From Octopus vulgaris (lineage: Eukaryota), in contig OX597832.1 of the NCBI GenBank assembly GCA_951406725.2, forward strand, positions 56,234,001 through 56,298,000: a stretch of DNA of 64,000 nucleotides, read 5' to 3'. The translations under genes were made by a program, and so were the position numbers. Under the pieces are notes generated by a model, which was not told the origin of the DNA, ran no database searches, and saw only the letters and a program-made list of their open reading frames with translations. Each line of letters begins with the position of its first letter. The first letter of the stretch is position 1. This document shows positions 1-12,202 of the stretch, piece by piece.

Positions 1-325
1 GACCATGCCTTTCTTTTGCTCGGCTCAAATCTCATTTGCGAACGCATGGAAAACGAACCGCCACGAACTATTCTGCCTATATGTCTGTGTACACCTTTGA
101 ATGCAGTGTTTGCCAGAAGGTTTGCAAATCTAACGGAGGCCTCAAAAGACATTTTAATATCCACAAAGATCAGAAATTATCTGCAGCTCTTGGCGGTCCA
201 TAGATTTTCTATGTGGATGTCTTTTCAGAACATTGCCTGGTTTTAAAAGACACATCAGACGCTATGATGATGCAAAGGTGTAGGTACAGGGGGTGGTCAA
301 ACACTGTATAAGAATTAGATAACCA
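1..325 (+). mobile_element. Decayed tandem C2H2-finger ORF end, probably the C-terminus of an RTE-type LINE
   Basis: Frame 3: PCLSFARLKSHLRTH...FECSVCQKVCKSNGGLKRHFNIH, a stop, then a frameshifted RTLPGFKRHIR; no TGEKPY linkers. Confidence 0.5.
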
Positions 326-1540
326 CCGTATATGACATATACATGAAAATATATATAATATTCTGTTGTGTCTGAGGAGAGTCATTTTCGTTTTGTGCCT
401 TATAATGTAACACACTCACCGGTAAAATTTCCACTTATTTCTTATTTTTATTTTCCTAAAATTTTCGTTGCGTCTTGCAACCTTTTCGATAGTCTTGACT
501 AAAGAAAATGACTCTCCCCAGACACAACAGAATATGCTTCAACACACGAACTCATATAAAGAATCTTGCAAACCAAATCCAAAAACGAAATATATATAAT
601 ATATTTTTTATAAACACCACACCTTCAGCTTGGCCTTGTTTCCAGATGAAACGCCTACTTATTTATTTATTTCTTATATTTATTGTATCTTATTTCCATT
701 TTTTTTCTTCTTTTCCCTTATAAACCAAACTTTCTCCTTACACACGATCAAACGAATTTTTGATGTCGCGGTGGTCGATATCATGTTTCATTTTTCCGAA
801 GTCGATATCAAAGTATTGTAGAACCAGCGAAGTACTGACATCGGATCGATTTTTTGCACTTTTAGCGTTTACTTGTTTCAGTCATTGGACTGCGGCCGTG
901 CTGGGGCACTGCCTTACAGAGTTAGGTCGAACAGATCGACTCCAGTACATAATTTCTGTTTTGTTTTGTTTTGCTTTTTTGTAGTCTGATACTTATTGTA
1001 TCGGTTTCACTTTTGCCGAACCGCTAGATCAAGGGGGACGTAAACAAACCAACACCGGTTGTCAAACAGCGGTAGAGGACAAACGCGCGCGCACACGCAC
1101 ATACACTCACGCACACACACACACGCGCGCACATATACACACGCGCACGCACACACACATACACAGCAAAGAGAAAAAAAATTGATTTTTCTTTGTAATC
1201 TAAACTACAACGAAAACTTTTACGGATTCCTTGTAAAGCTTAATATTCGCTCGGGCTGAGGGGGAAACCAGGGTCGTGTAAAAATTATTATGGCGTGGCA
1301 AATAGTGAGGGAAAAATAACGTTTTCAACTTATTATGGTGAGTATTGAACATTAAAACTTCTATATGTCTTAATTACCATCTATCGATATATGTATGTAA
1401 AATGCAGTGTACATTTAAACACATTAAGAGGTATCCATCATAGGACTTCCTTACGCTAGAAGGGACAGCTAAAGTTCAAACCACCAATTAGGGATAAAAT
1501 CTCGAAAGGAATTAAAAATAAAAACATTTACCATCTATTT

Positions 1541-1609
1541 CCCGGACCATGGTTTCAGACGTTTTTTAGCAAATAAAATAATTTGCTTGGCGAAGTCTTC
1601 ATCAACAGG
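1541..1609 (-). ncRNA. Minimal type I hammerhead-ribozyme-like motif (Penelope-like element type)
   Basis: CCTG-TTGATGA-AGAC...GTCT-GAAA-CCATGG-TC-CGGG; stems I and II pair, palindromic stem III, GUC triplet; C3 is U. Confidence 0.65.
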
Positions 1610-1914
1610 TACGCCAAGATTAAACATATAAGTACGAGGCGAATCCAGCATGTGCCTCTTGCTCATACATTTTAATTTTTTTAATCCACCGCGCAAGCGC
1701 AGTTTTTTGTCAGCAGTAAAAAAATGCCGGCTGTTCCTTCTAGCGTAAGGGAGTCCTATGATGGATACCTGTTAATGTATTTAAATGTGCACTATATTTT
1801 ATATGAATAATATATAGTCTATTGACTGGTTTTTCTATACGCTAGGCCACTGGTAGTAAATATTTCTAAAATCTTTATTATCCTGATATTATTAATTAGA
1901 TGTATGTATGTATG

Positions 1915-2891
1915 TATGTAGGACATCATTCTTCACCCTACGAGATGTCTTCGAGTGTACCACAGGGATCCGTTCTTGGACTCCTACTGTTTGTTGTATA
2001 TATTAATGGCATAGATACCAACTTAGTGTTGAATTATGCAGATGACATCAAGCTGTACTTCGAGATAAAAAGAGCAGATTCTATGCGCTATAGATCTTTC
2101 CTGCAACAGACCTGGACACAATGCAAGCATTGGATTTCTGACTGGCAACTTAAGCTAGCTGTGAACAATTGCGTCACCATACACTTTGAGGGGTGAAAAA
2201 CCCAGCCTTTATATAGTCCCTCAACAACACCAATCTCAAAACGTCTGCTAGTGATCTGGGTGTTATTGTAAACAGCGATCTGCGTTGGACAAACCACATC
2301 TCTAAGATTGTCAAAAAGGTTGAGGGTATCCAAGTATCACTCAGTAAGACTTTTCTCGGCCGCTCTCTAGCTAAAACTGTATATGACAATGGTACGTCCG
2401 CTCTTTGAATTTGCATCACCAGTCTTGAACCCCTATCAGACTCAGCATATAAATCTCCTGGAAACTGTTCAGAAACGTGCAACAAAACGAATACCCACCG
2501 TCAGGCATCTACCATAGCCTGAACGTCTTGCTTCCCTGGGCATGAACACATTGAAGCTCAGACGTCTGGCAACTAACTTGGCAGACACCAGCAAGATTAT
2601 CCACCATCTTTCCAACAGCAACCTTGGGCACCATTTTGAATTCCACATGACAAGCACTCGTGGACATGCTTACAAAATCAGAAAACAACACAGCACCCAT
2701 AACTTGCGGAAACATTTTTCACGCTCAGAATTGCTGAAGCATGGATTAAACTATTCATATCAGTCGTTAGCTGTCGAGACACTACATCCTTCAAAACTTC
2801 CATGCTTCCTGAATCTACCAACAGTACACCTGATGGCCTTTCTTTCTTTTTTCTTAGTTGTAGTGCACCTGAGTACTGTATACAACAATTT
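1915..2891 (+). mobile_element. 5'-truncated CR1/L2-type LINE (reverse transcriptase remnant and 3' end)
   Basis: SSVPQGSVLGLLLFVVYIN...YADDIKLY RT motifs, then frameshifted DLGVIV, VRPL.EFAS, LETVQKRATK and LKLRRL segments. Confidence 0.9.
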
Positions 2892-3184
2892 CTTTGACAC
2901 ACACGCACACACAAACACACACACTCACACACATACACGCACACACACACTCACGCACATACTAACACACACACTCTCACATACACGCGCACGCGCACAG
3001 TCACACACACACGCACACGCACATACACGCACATACTCACACACACACTCACACACACACACATTCACAAACACACATTCTGCCAGCTCGCCGCCTTCGG
3101 GAATATCCGACATTTTGTGAGGCAGACCCAGCTGGTTTCCTCGAACGTTTCCTATTAAGCGGAGTGTTGGGCCAGAGACAAGAG

Positions 3185-3790
3185 ACAATAGATGCAGTGG
3201 TAACACCCCTCCTCACCTGCTCCGAAGAAGATCAAGGTCGTTTCATCTGCAGCGAAGGTGATGGTCGTAGTTTTTGGGGATACAAAAGGTATTGTGTTTA
3301 CTATTTTTCAAATGGTTACACCGTCAATGGTGAGTACTATGCTAGCTTGCTGAGGCAGTTAAAAGGCTATCAAGACCAAACGCTGAAGAAGACTGACGAA
3401 TGGGGTTTTGTTTTATTAGGACAATGCTCCGGTACCACACAAGTTCTTGATTTCAATGGCTGCTGTGCGTGACTACGGCTTTGAACTGGTTGATCGCCCA
3501 CCTTATTCTCTTCATTTGACACCATCTGACTATCATCTGTTCTCCTGCATTAAGAAACACTTGGCTGGGATCCAGTATCGCAGTAATGATGACGTCATAT
3601 CTGCCTTTGATGCCTTTTTTTTTTAACCAACAGGATGTTAGCTTCTTCTCCAATGGGATCCAAGCACCGCAACACCGGCGAAAGAAATGCGTGGATCGCT
3701 GAGGGGACTATGTTGAAAAATAAACCTCACCTGGTCACATTTCCTTAAAGGAGCTTGGTCAGCCTATGAACTCTTTAGCCGATCCTCGTA
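3185..3790 (+). mobile_element. Mariner transposase remnant with right terminus
   Basis: Frameshifted GYTVNGEYYASLLRQLK, DNAP, FELVDRPPYSLHLTPSDYHLF and KCVDR.GDYVEK* segments; ends CCTCG|TA. Confidence 0.9.
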
Positions 3791-4309
3791 CGAAAGGAGA
3801 AGTCAATTTGACTTTTCTGTTCTTCATTTAACTTATTGCTTTCTCTCATTAAAATTATTACTTTTCTAATTCACTCTGTGGGGCTTATTTTAAGTTCACT
3901 AACCTTGGTGTTTTGCTGTGTTCCCTATATAATTTACATAATAATAAAAGCTCAATAGGGCCTTTTCGGCCCTTTAAATAATTAAAGCTTTTTCACTATA
4001 AAAATTAATTTCTAATAAATAAAATAGAGACAGTTAAATTCTCGTCAAACCATTCATTCTATATATATATATATATATATACTCTTTTTACTCTTTTATT
4101 TGTTTCAGTCATTTGACTGCGGCCATGCTGGAGCACCGCCTTTAGTCGAGCAAATCGACCCCGGGACTTATTCTTTTGTAAGCCCAGTACTTATTCTATC
4201 GGCCTCTTTTGCCGATCCGCTAAGTGACGGGGACGTAAACGCACGGTTGTCAAGCAATGCTAGGGGGACAAACACAGACACACAAATATATATATATATA
4301 TAATATAAT

Positions 4310-4473
4310 TTATTTATAAATAATTTCGGTTGGGGTGATCAAGGAATAAAAAGTATTTACGGATTATTATAACTTCCTTAAATTTGAATTCATTTGAATA
4401 ATAAACCAAGTTTTTTGCTCAGAAGATAAGTTACCATAGGGATAACAGCGTAATTTTTTTTTGAGAGTTCATA
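4310..4473 (+). pseudogene. NUMT: fragment of mitochondrial 16S rRNA
   Basis: TTGGGGTGATCAAGGAATAAA and AAGTTACCATAGGGATAACAGCGTAATTTTTTTTTGAGAGTTCATA are conserved metazoan mt-16S segments; flanks are nuclear repeats. Confidence 0.85.
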
Positions 4474-4975
4474 GCAATCGAAGTCTTACGGATCTTTTTT
4501 TGATTTCGGAATACTACACTAACCACGATCCTGCATGAAATACTAATGAGGTAAAGATTGTAATAGTCCCTTACGTACGTACTCATGTTTCCATCTAACC
4601 GCTCTCTCTCTCTCTAAGCATCATTTGCTTGAAACAATTAAATAAATAAATAAACAGCTACCCTCATTCATGGTATCTGTCCTTCATCAAAACAGATGTT
4701 TCCGTATTTAATTCTGATGTAAAAACCCAAGGCGTTGTTTATGCTTCTTGTCTGGTGTTAGATTTCTATGCATCGAGTCGAAAGCAGAGTGGAAAGACCA
4801 CGTGATTTCTTTTTAACGAGAGTTGCTTCCTTTAGATGCTGTTACACAACAAGCATCCTGTGAAAACGCTCATCACTATTGCCATACAAGGAAGGTTGGC
4901 TCACGCACACGTACACGTGTTTATAAGTGTGCGTGTGTACGTGCGCGTGTGTATGTGTGTTTGTGTGCGTATGTG

Positions 4976-5061
<86 letters not shown>

Positions 5062-5121
5062 CATACACATGCATACATGCATGCATACATACATACATAC
5101 ATACATACATACATACATACA

Positions 5122-5154
<33 letters not shown>

Positions 5155-5155
5155 G

Positions 5156-5361
5156 TTCCTTCAAAACTTCCATGCTTCCTGAGATTCGCCAACACTACAC
5201 CTGATTTTCTCCCCTCCATACACACACAAGCATGTATCTGACTCATACATTGTTCGCTTTCCAGACATTTCTACATTACTGCATGTACTTTATATGCACT
5301 TTCTGACAAGTTGTGGTGCACCTGAGCACTGTATACAATAATTTCATTATTATTATTATTA
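5156..5361 (+). mobile_element. Short 3' tail copy of the same CR1/L2 LINE
   Basis: Shares TCCTTCAAAACTTCCATGCTTCCTGA and GTGCACCTGAG.ACTGTATACAA with 2787-2891; ends in (ATT)n. Confidence 0.75.
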
Positions 5362-5530
5362 TATATATCAGAATCTTTTGCGAGATAAAAATTCTTATAT
5401 ACACACGCTGACATAGAAGCAACGTTGAACCCTTTATTCGCAATATTACCGAATCTGGAACTTAACTTTGGTCTGTCTATAGCACTTATTCAGCATTACC
5501 TGACACCTTTGGGTCTCAATGACACCATTA

Positions 5531-5570
<40 letters not shown>

Positions 5571-5844
5571 ATATGTGACAATTATTCAGTAGCCAAGATA
5601 AAACTCTGAGTTTCGGATGCCGAAGAGATGGTGGTGTGGATTTCTATCGCGGCATCCGAAACTCAGAGTTTTATCTTGGCTACTGAATAATTATCACATA
5701 AGTCCGGAGGAGGGGCACACTCTAAGATGTAGAGCAGTTAATATTTTAATGGGGGGGGGGCGGTTTATGGGGTTTCCTTGGGTTTCTCGCTCATTATTAA
5801 CGAGAAACCCAGGATAACCCCATAAAGCGGCCTCTCCCATTATA

Positions 5845-5900
<56 letters not shown>

Positions 5901-5914
5901 TTGGAGACAAACTA

Positions 5915-5994
<80 letters not shown>

Positions 5995-6291
5995 CATCTA
6001 TCTACCTCATGCATGTATACTGCTTGTCTGAATGTCTGTCTGTATGTGTGTGTTATATTAAATATCTCTAGACAGCCAGATATATATATAGTGTGGTAAG
6101 AAATTTGCTTCCCAACCGAAGGGTTCTGCATTCAATCCCGCAATCCCACAGCATGGCACTTTGGACAAGTGCTTTCTACTTTAGCCTTGGGCCAACCAAA
6201 GCCTCGCGATTCGATTTAGTAGACGAAAACTGAAAGAAGCCTCAGTAAACACTGTTCAACATGAAAACGACGACAATTATTATCATGACGC

Positions 6292-6329
<38 letters not shown>

Positions 6330-6368
6330 ATGTATGTATGTATGTGTGTGTGTGTGCGTGTATGTAGA

Positions 6369-7014
6369 GAAGCACTCCGTCGGTTACGACGACGAGGGTT
6401 CCGGTTGATCCGACCAACGGAACAGCCTGCTCGTGAAATTAACGTGTAAGTGGCTGAGCACTCCACAGACACGTGTACCCTTAACGTAGTTCTCGGGGAT
6501 ATTCAGCGTGACACAGAGAGTGACAAGGCCGGCCCTTTGAAATACAGGTACAACAGAAACAGCAGACTCTGTAGAGCAGCAGACTCGCGGTTTCGATTCC
6601 CAGGCCGGGCATTGTGAGTGTTTATTGAGCGAAAACATCTAAAGCTCCACGAGGCTCCGGCAGGGGGTGGTAGCGAATCCTGCTGTGCACTTTCATCATA
6701 ACTTTCTCTCACTCTTTCTTCCTGTTTCTGTTGTACCTGTGTTTCAAAGGGCCGGCCTTGTCACACTCTGTGTCACGCTGAATCTCCCCAAGAACTACGT
6801 TAAGGGTACACGTGTCTGTGGAGTGCTGCGACGTCACTGGTGCCAAGCTGTATCGGCCTTTACCTTTCCCTTGGATAACATCGGTGGCGTGGAGAGGGGA
6901 GGCTGGTATGCATGGGCGACTGCTGGTCTTCCATAAACAACCTTACCCAGACTTGTGCCTCGGAGGGTAACTTTCTAGGTGCAATCCCATGGTCATTCAT
7001 GACCGAAGGGGGTC

Positions 7015-7016
<2 letters not shown>
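6369..7016. mobile_element. Rearranged SINE family B cluster (reverse tail, forward copy, extra tail module)
   Basis: 6465-6560 is the inverse of 6723-6826; the 6830-7016 module recurs at about 29985-30097. Confidence 0.75.
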
Positions 7017-7080
<64 letters not shown>

Positions 7081-8546
7081 TCGTGAATTTCATTACAAAC
7101 AACATGGACCAAATTTCTTCTTAAGAACATATATATTTTCATATAAATTAAACATTATATCATGAATAACGATTGCGAAACCGGTCGATACATTAAAAAT
7201 TATACTATAACCATGTAAGTGGTTATAGTATAATAATATATATATATGTATATATATTATTATAGTATAATAATATATGTAACGGTTAGTTCTTCGTTGC
7301 AGTCGAGGGTCATCAATTGTAACGGTTAAAATTTACTGCAACGGCATGTTGTAAGATGGGAAAATGAACAGCGATTGAAGTTGTAGAGATACTTATTTAC
7401 CGTTACTTTGTATGTATCCAAAACCACGACGGGTTGGTATGTATAATTAGTAAATGGAAAAGCATGCGAGCTTAAATTTCGGCCTGCATATGTGCGTACA
7501 CGATCTCATAGTAGTATATATAGAGAGATATGGTAATGTTACAGAGAAAAGAAAGTGAGAATGGTGAAAGTGAGAGCGGTGGAACGAAACAACTGCTTCG
7601 TTGGTGAGTTAGCGTAGTTGTCCCTTTGTGCCTTTTCCTTTAGAGACGGCGTTTTCTTCAGCCGGTCAGCCAGACTCTGTTCTCACTAACTAATTTCTTT
7701 TATTCAGCACATAGGCCATGACACAGAGGGGACAGCACAAGGACAAAACAAAAAACATTTAGGGGCTGGGGTTATACATTATTTAAAAATTGAATATAAT
7801 GAAATCGGATGAATTTATACAGTACAATGAAATCGAAATTACAGAGTTCTTGCTTTTATAACTATCCAAAACCAGCCAGAAGGATAGACATATTGTTGAG
7901 AATAATAGATTTCGTTGGCGGTCTGTTATCTCTATTCTAGCTTTTGGTGGCCAAGAAGAGGTTAGAAGGGTCAAGTGGCAAAGACATTATTCTGCTTAGC
8001 GAAGGCATCTGGCAAATGTAACTGCTGTCACTCACAGAAAAACTATTGTTTTACCGTGAGAAAAGTGCTGTTGAACTGTTAAGTGAAATTTGGCGATCGA
8101 GGATCGAATCTACGCCATGCCTGCATGAAGCCACTACATATATATATACACCATAATTGGTTCCGACTGACTTGTAAGTCAATATGGTCGTAAGTCGGCC
8201 TGTAGGCTTATACATAGCTTTGTTTTATATTTTTACATTCTTAAGGTAGATTCTCAGGTAAAGGTCACGCACAGCTTTCTGTATTTATACTGTAGCAATA
8301 TTGTCTCTCATTGCTATCTTCACTGTTTGAGAAGAGTATTAAGAATAACCTCGGTCGAGATTACAAACATCTTCGGCTAGTTCAACATTGTTGTAAACAC
8401 TAATTCGATTGGCTGACACGTTGGTCTCTACTACGTTCGCACCGCTGGTTATCACGTGACGCGATTTGCCTCCAATAAATTATTATCGTTCCTGAGCATT
8501 GTGTTTTTTATACCTACCATGGACTGCTCAAAGCTTACAAACTTCC

Positions 8547-8760
8547 AGCGAACTGGCAGAAACGTTAGCACGCCGAGCGAAATGCTTAGCGGTATTTCGC
8601 CTGTCTTTATGTTCTGAGTTTAAAATTCCGCCGAGGTCGACTTTGCCTTTCATCCTTTCGGGGTCGATAAATTAAGTACCAGTTGCGTACTGGGGTCGAT
8701 GTAATCGTCTGGACCCCTCCCTCAAAATTTCGTGCCTTGTGCCTCGTGTAGAAAAGAATT
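8547..8760 (+). mobile_element. tRNA-headed SINE, family C (Nin/Deu-like central domain)
   Basis: GAACTGGCAGAAACGTTAG head; GAGGTCGACTTTGCCTTTCATCCTTTCGGGGTCGATAAATTAAGTACC resembles the Deu/Nin SINE domain as recalled; another copy at 37113-37331. Confidence 0.75.
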
Positions 8761-10261
8761 ATATGTAGTTATTCTACCAAATATATACTTTTTTTATTAT
8801 TATTTTGCACATTACTTAATCATTGTTATATGTTTTATCTTATATTTAATCTTTCTATAATATGTAATTTTTCTAAATGGTATAATGTAATTTTTTCATT
8901 ATTGAATTGTTAAAAGGTGTTTTTTTCTTTCTAATTTACACACACACACACATATATATATATATAAAATAATATGTTACAATTATTCAATAGTCAAGAT
9001 AAAACTCTGAGTTTCGGATGCCGAAGTGGAAATCGTATATAAACATGTGCGTGTGTATGAGTTTGTATATATATGCGTATACATTTGGCGAAAAATGCGA
9101 GTGAAGATGTGTACGTTTTCATAGTGACGTATAAGTACACACGTAGGTTCGCGAGCGCACATGTGAGCGTATGAGTAGCCATGTTTACGTGTTTTCTATG
9201 AACTTTTAATCTTAATTTATATACCCGCACATATATTATATTTTGTGAAATTTGATTTAGTATTTCTAAATTGAATTTTTCCCTGTAAATTTGGAATAAT
9301 ATTCCCTCATATTATTATTATTATACGTATGTATATATATATATATATATCATATAAAATCATATATATATTATAAAAGAGCTGATCTCCATTTGTCTTT
9401 CAGTCACATCAGAGGGAGAGAAACGAGGTGAATTCAAAAGGGGAGATAACCTTGGCACAACTTTTATATAGAATGGGTGGAGCAAAAGTTGTTGAGAGAA
9501 AAACACAATGAGAGAAAGACAGAATTAAAATTTGTTTCAAGAAAAAAAAAGCCCCCAAAACAGGCCGTTGAAATATTAATATATAATCAGTCGTGTGTTT
9601 ATGCTGAAGGATCTATTTCATCTTGACTAGGTCGTTACCCAGCAGCGTAGCAGCTAGTGACGGCTAGTATATAAAGTAGATATATAGGTTAGGTGGTGCA
9701 AACAGGAAAAGAGAATTCAAAACCTGAATATAATCTGATTATTAATAAAAAGTTGTATATATATATATATATAGTTCGTAATATTTTATCTCGTTCGGCT
9801 TAATAGCTCTTCTTGTCTGTGTTACTGTTATTCTCCTCATCCTGTCTTTTACTGTTTATATTTTGTACTGTCGTTACTGTCCTGTTTTTGTTACCATTTT
9901 TACCCCTCCGCAAAAAAATCTCAAATTTTATTTAATTTGCTTTTCGCGGGAAGGAATGTTTCACTCAAAGTCGCATCTCGCCTTCACCTTCGAAAAACGC
10001 GGAGTAGATGAAACCATGGCGACTGAAGAAGGAGAATTTTCCTTGTGTTATTTGTCCTGTACTCTATTTTTTCGTTGTTTAAGAAAAATGCCCAGTTCCT
10101 TGGTTTTGTGTTTATGTTTTCGTTTCTCATTGTGTTCGACGTTTTTTTGGTGTCCTGTACCCATATATGCATGTATATATACATGTAGATGTAGGTACGT
10201 ACATATATGTATGTATATATGCATATGTTTTATTTATTAATTTGTTATATATATATATATA

Positions 10262-10422
10262 GGCGAAGGAGTGGCTGTGTGGTAAATAGCTTGCTTACCA
10301 ACCACATGGTTCCGGGTTCATTCCCACTGCGTGGCACCTAATCAAGTGTCTTCTACTATAACCTCGGGACGACCAAAGCCTTGGAAGTGGATTTGGTAGA
10401 CAGAAACTGAAAGAAGCCCGTC

Positions 10423-10500
<78 letters not shown>

Positions 10501-10715
10501 TTATGTGTCTGTGTTTCTCCCCCACCCACAACATCGCTTGACAACCGATGCTGGTGTGTTTACGTCCCCATAACTTAGCGGTTCGGCAAAAGAGACCGAT
10601 GGAATAAGTACTAGGCTTACAAAGAATAAGTCCTGAGGTCGATTTGGTCGACTAAAGGCGGTGCTCCAGCAGGGCCACAGTCAAATGACTGAAACAAGTA
10701 AAAGAGTAAAAAGAG

Positions 10716-10716
<1 letters not shown>
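10262..10716 (+). mobile_element. tRNA-headed SINE, family A (internal TA/TG microsatellite)
   Basis: A-box-like TGGCTGTGTGG, B-box-like GGTTCATTCC, tail GACTGAAACAAGTAAAAGAGTAAAAGAG; more than 12 copies in the window. Confidence 0.85.
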
Positions 10717-10781
<65 letters not shown>

Positions 10782-10802
10782 CATATATATATATATATAT
10801 AT

Positions 10803-11140
10803 ATTCACATTTCGTTTTTGGATCTGATTTGCAAGATTCTTGATATGAGTTCGTATGTTGAAGCATATTTTGTTGTCTGGGGAGAGTCATTTCCTTTTTG
10901 TGCCTTATTATGTAACACACTCACCGGTAAAATTTCCACTTATTTCTTATTTTCCTAAAATTTTCGTTGCGTCTTGCAACCTTTTCAAAGAGAATCAAGA
11001 CTATTGAAAAGGCTGCAAGACGCAACGAAAATTTTAGGAAAATAAAGATAAGAAATAAGTGGAAATCTTACCGGTGAGTGTGTTACATTATAAGGCATAA
11101 AAAGAAAATGACTCTCCCCAGACACAACAGTATATATTCA
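10803..11140. repeat. Inverted-repeat element (Penelope-like remnant); related copy at 344-590
   Basis: 10870-10988 is the inverse of 11004-11130; embedded in (TA)n; contains hammerhead-like motifs. Confidence 0.6.
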
Positions 11141-11701
11141 CATTTATATTAGATAATAAATTGCATGCTATACAACCTGTAGCTTACCGATAAAGCACAT
11201 TTGCCTTCACAATGTTCGTTAGATATTTGATTGAGAGAAGTGGAAGATACGAGAATGCTTATTAATCACTACAATTGTTTCGACGCATCTTACACGAATC
11301 CCTCAAAGGTGGCATACTTAACAAATGGTTTAGGCATATCCAGCAGTGTAGATGTGTCTCTTCAATGTATCGATTATTTTTAATACGTTTTTTTTCAGTT
11401 TCTCTATTCATTGCATCTAATATTTATTATTGATCTTCTATAAAAAAAAAATGAATCTGTATCCCTTGGTTAGCACCTTTTCTAGACACAAACGGAAAAG
11501 ATATCTTGTAGAATAGTTGTTATTTTAACGAGACACATCTTGTGATCACACGAAGAGACCGACTGATACTCCTAAACCAGTTAAGTATCCCACCTGAGAA
11601 GGATCGAAGCTAGATGGGTCGAAACAGCTGTAGTGATCAATAAACATTCTCATGTCTTTCGTGTTCCATCTTTCTCATTAATCAAATATATATATACCTA
11701 T

Positions 11702-12162
11702 ATCATCATCGTTTACTGTCTGCTTTCTATGCTGGCATGGCTTGGACGGTTTGACTGAGGACTGGCAAGCCAGAAGGCTGCACCAGGCTCCAATCTGATC
11801 TAACAAGGTTTCTACAGCTGGATGCTCTTCCTAACGCCAACCTCTCCAATAGTGTAGTGAGTGCTTTTTTACGTTCCACTGGCACGATGGCCAGTCAGAA
11901 GGTACTGGCATCGATCACACTCGAATGGTGCTTTTTACGTGCTACTCGCACAGGTGCCAGTCATCAGCCGGTCACAACAATGATTTCATTTGACTCAACA
12001 TGTCTTCTCAAGCGTAGTTTATTGCTCAATGGGCCGGTTATGCAACAATGGCATAAGCCACAGCTACGGTCTTGTCATTGCCTCTATGAGGCCCAACGTT
12101 TAAAGGTCGTGCTCCACCACCTCATCCCAGGTCTTCCTGTGCCTACCTCTTCTACAGGTTCC

Positions 12163-12164
<2 letters not shown>
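11702..12164 (-). mobile_element. 5'-truncated RTE LINE 3' end (abundant family; other copies near 29085-29536, 34240-34586, 43637-43877, 49200-49405, 63468-63785)
   Basis: Minus strand GTCRRGRHRKTWDEVVEHDL*TLGL ORF end, then GTTGGCGTTAGGAAG.GCATCCAGC 3' UTR and (GAT)n tail. Confidence 0.8.
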
Positions 12165-12199
<35 letters not shown>

Positions 12200-12202
12200 A
12201 GG

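Noticed and set aside
4823-5246. Long ORFs rich in YI/HT/CV repeats (also near 15991-16438, 20770-21150, 32803-33211, 36692-37194)
   Set aside because: Translations of (TA)n, (CA)n and (TACA)n microsatellites, not proteins.
7158-7190. TATC-ATGAATA...GCGAAACCGGTC-GATA hammerhead-like layout
   Set aside because: The 3' half is good, but there are two core mismatches and no credible stem II; at most a very decayed relic.
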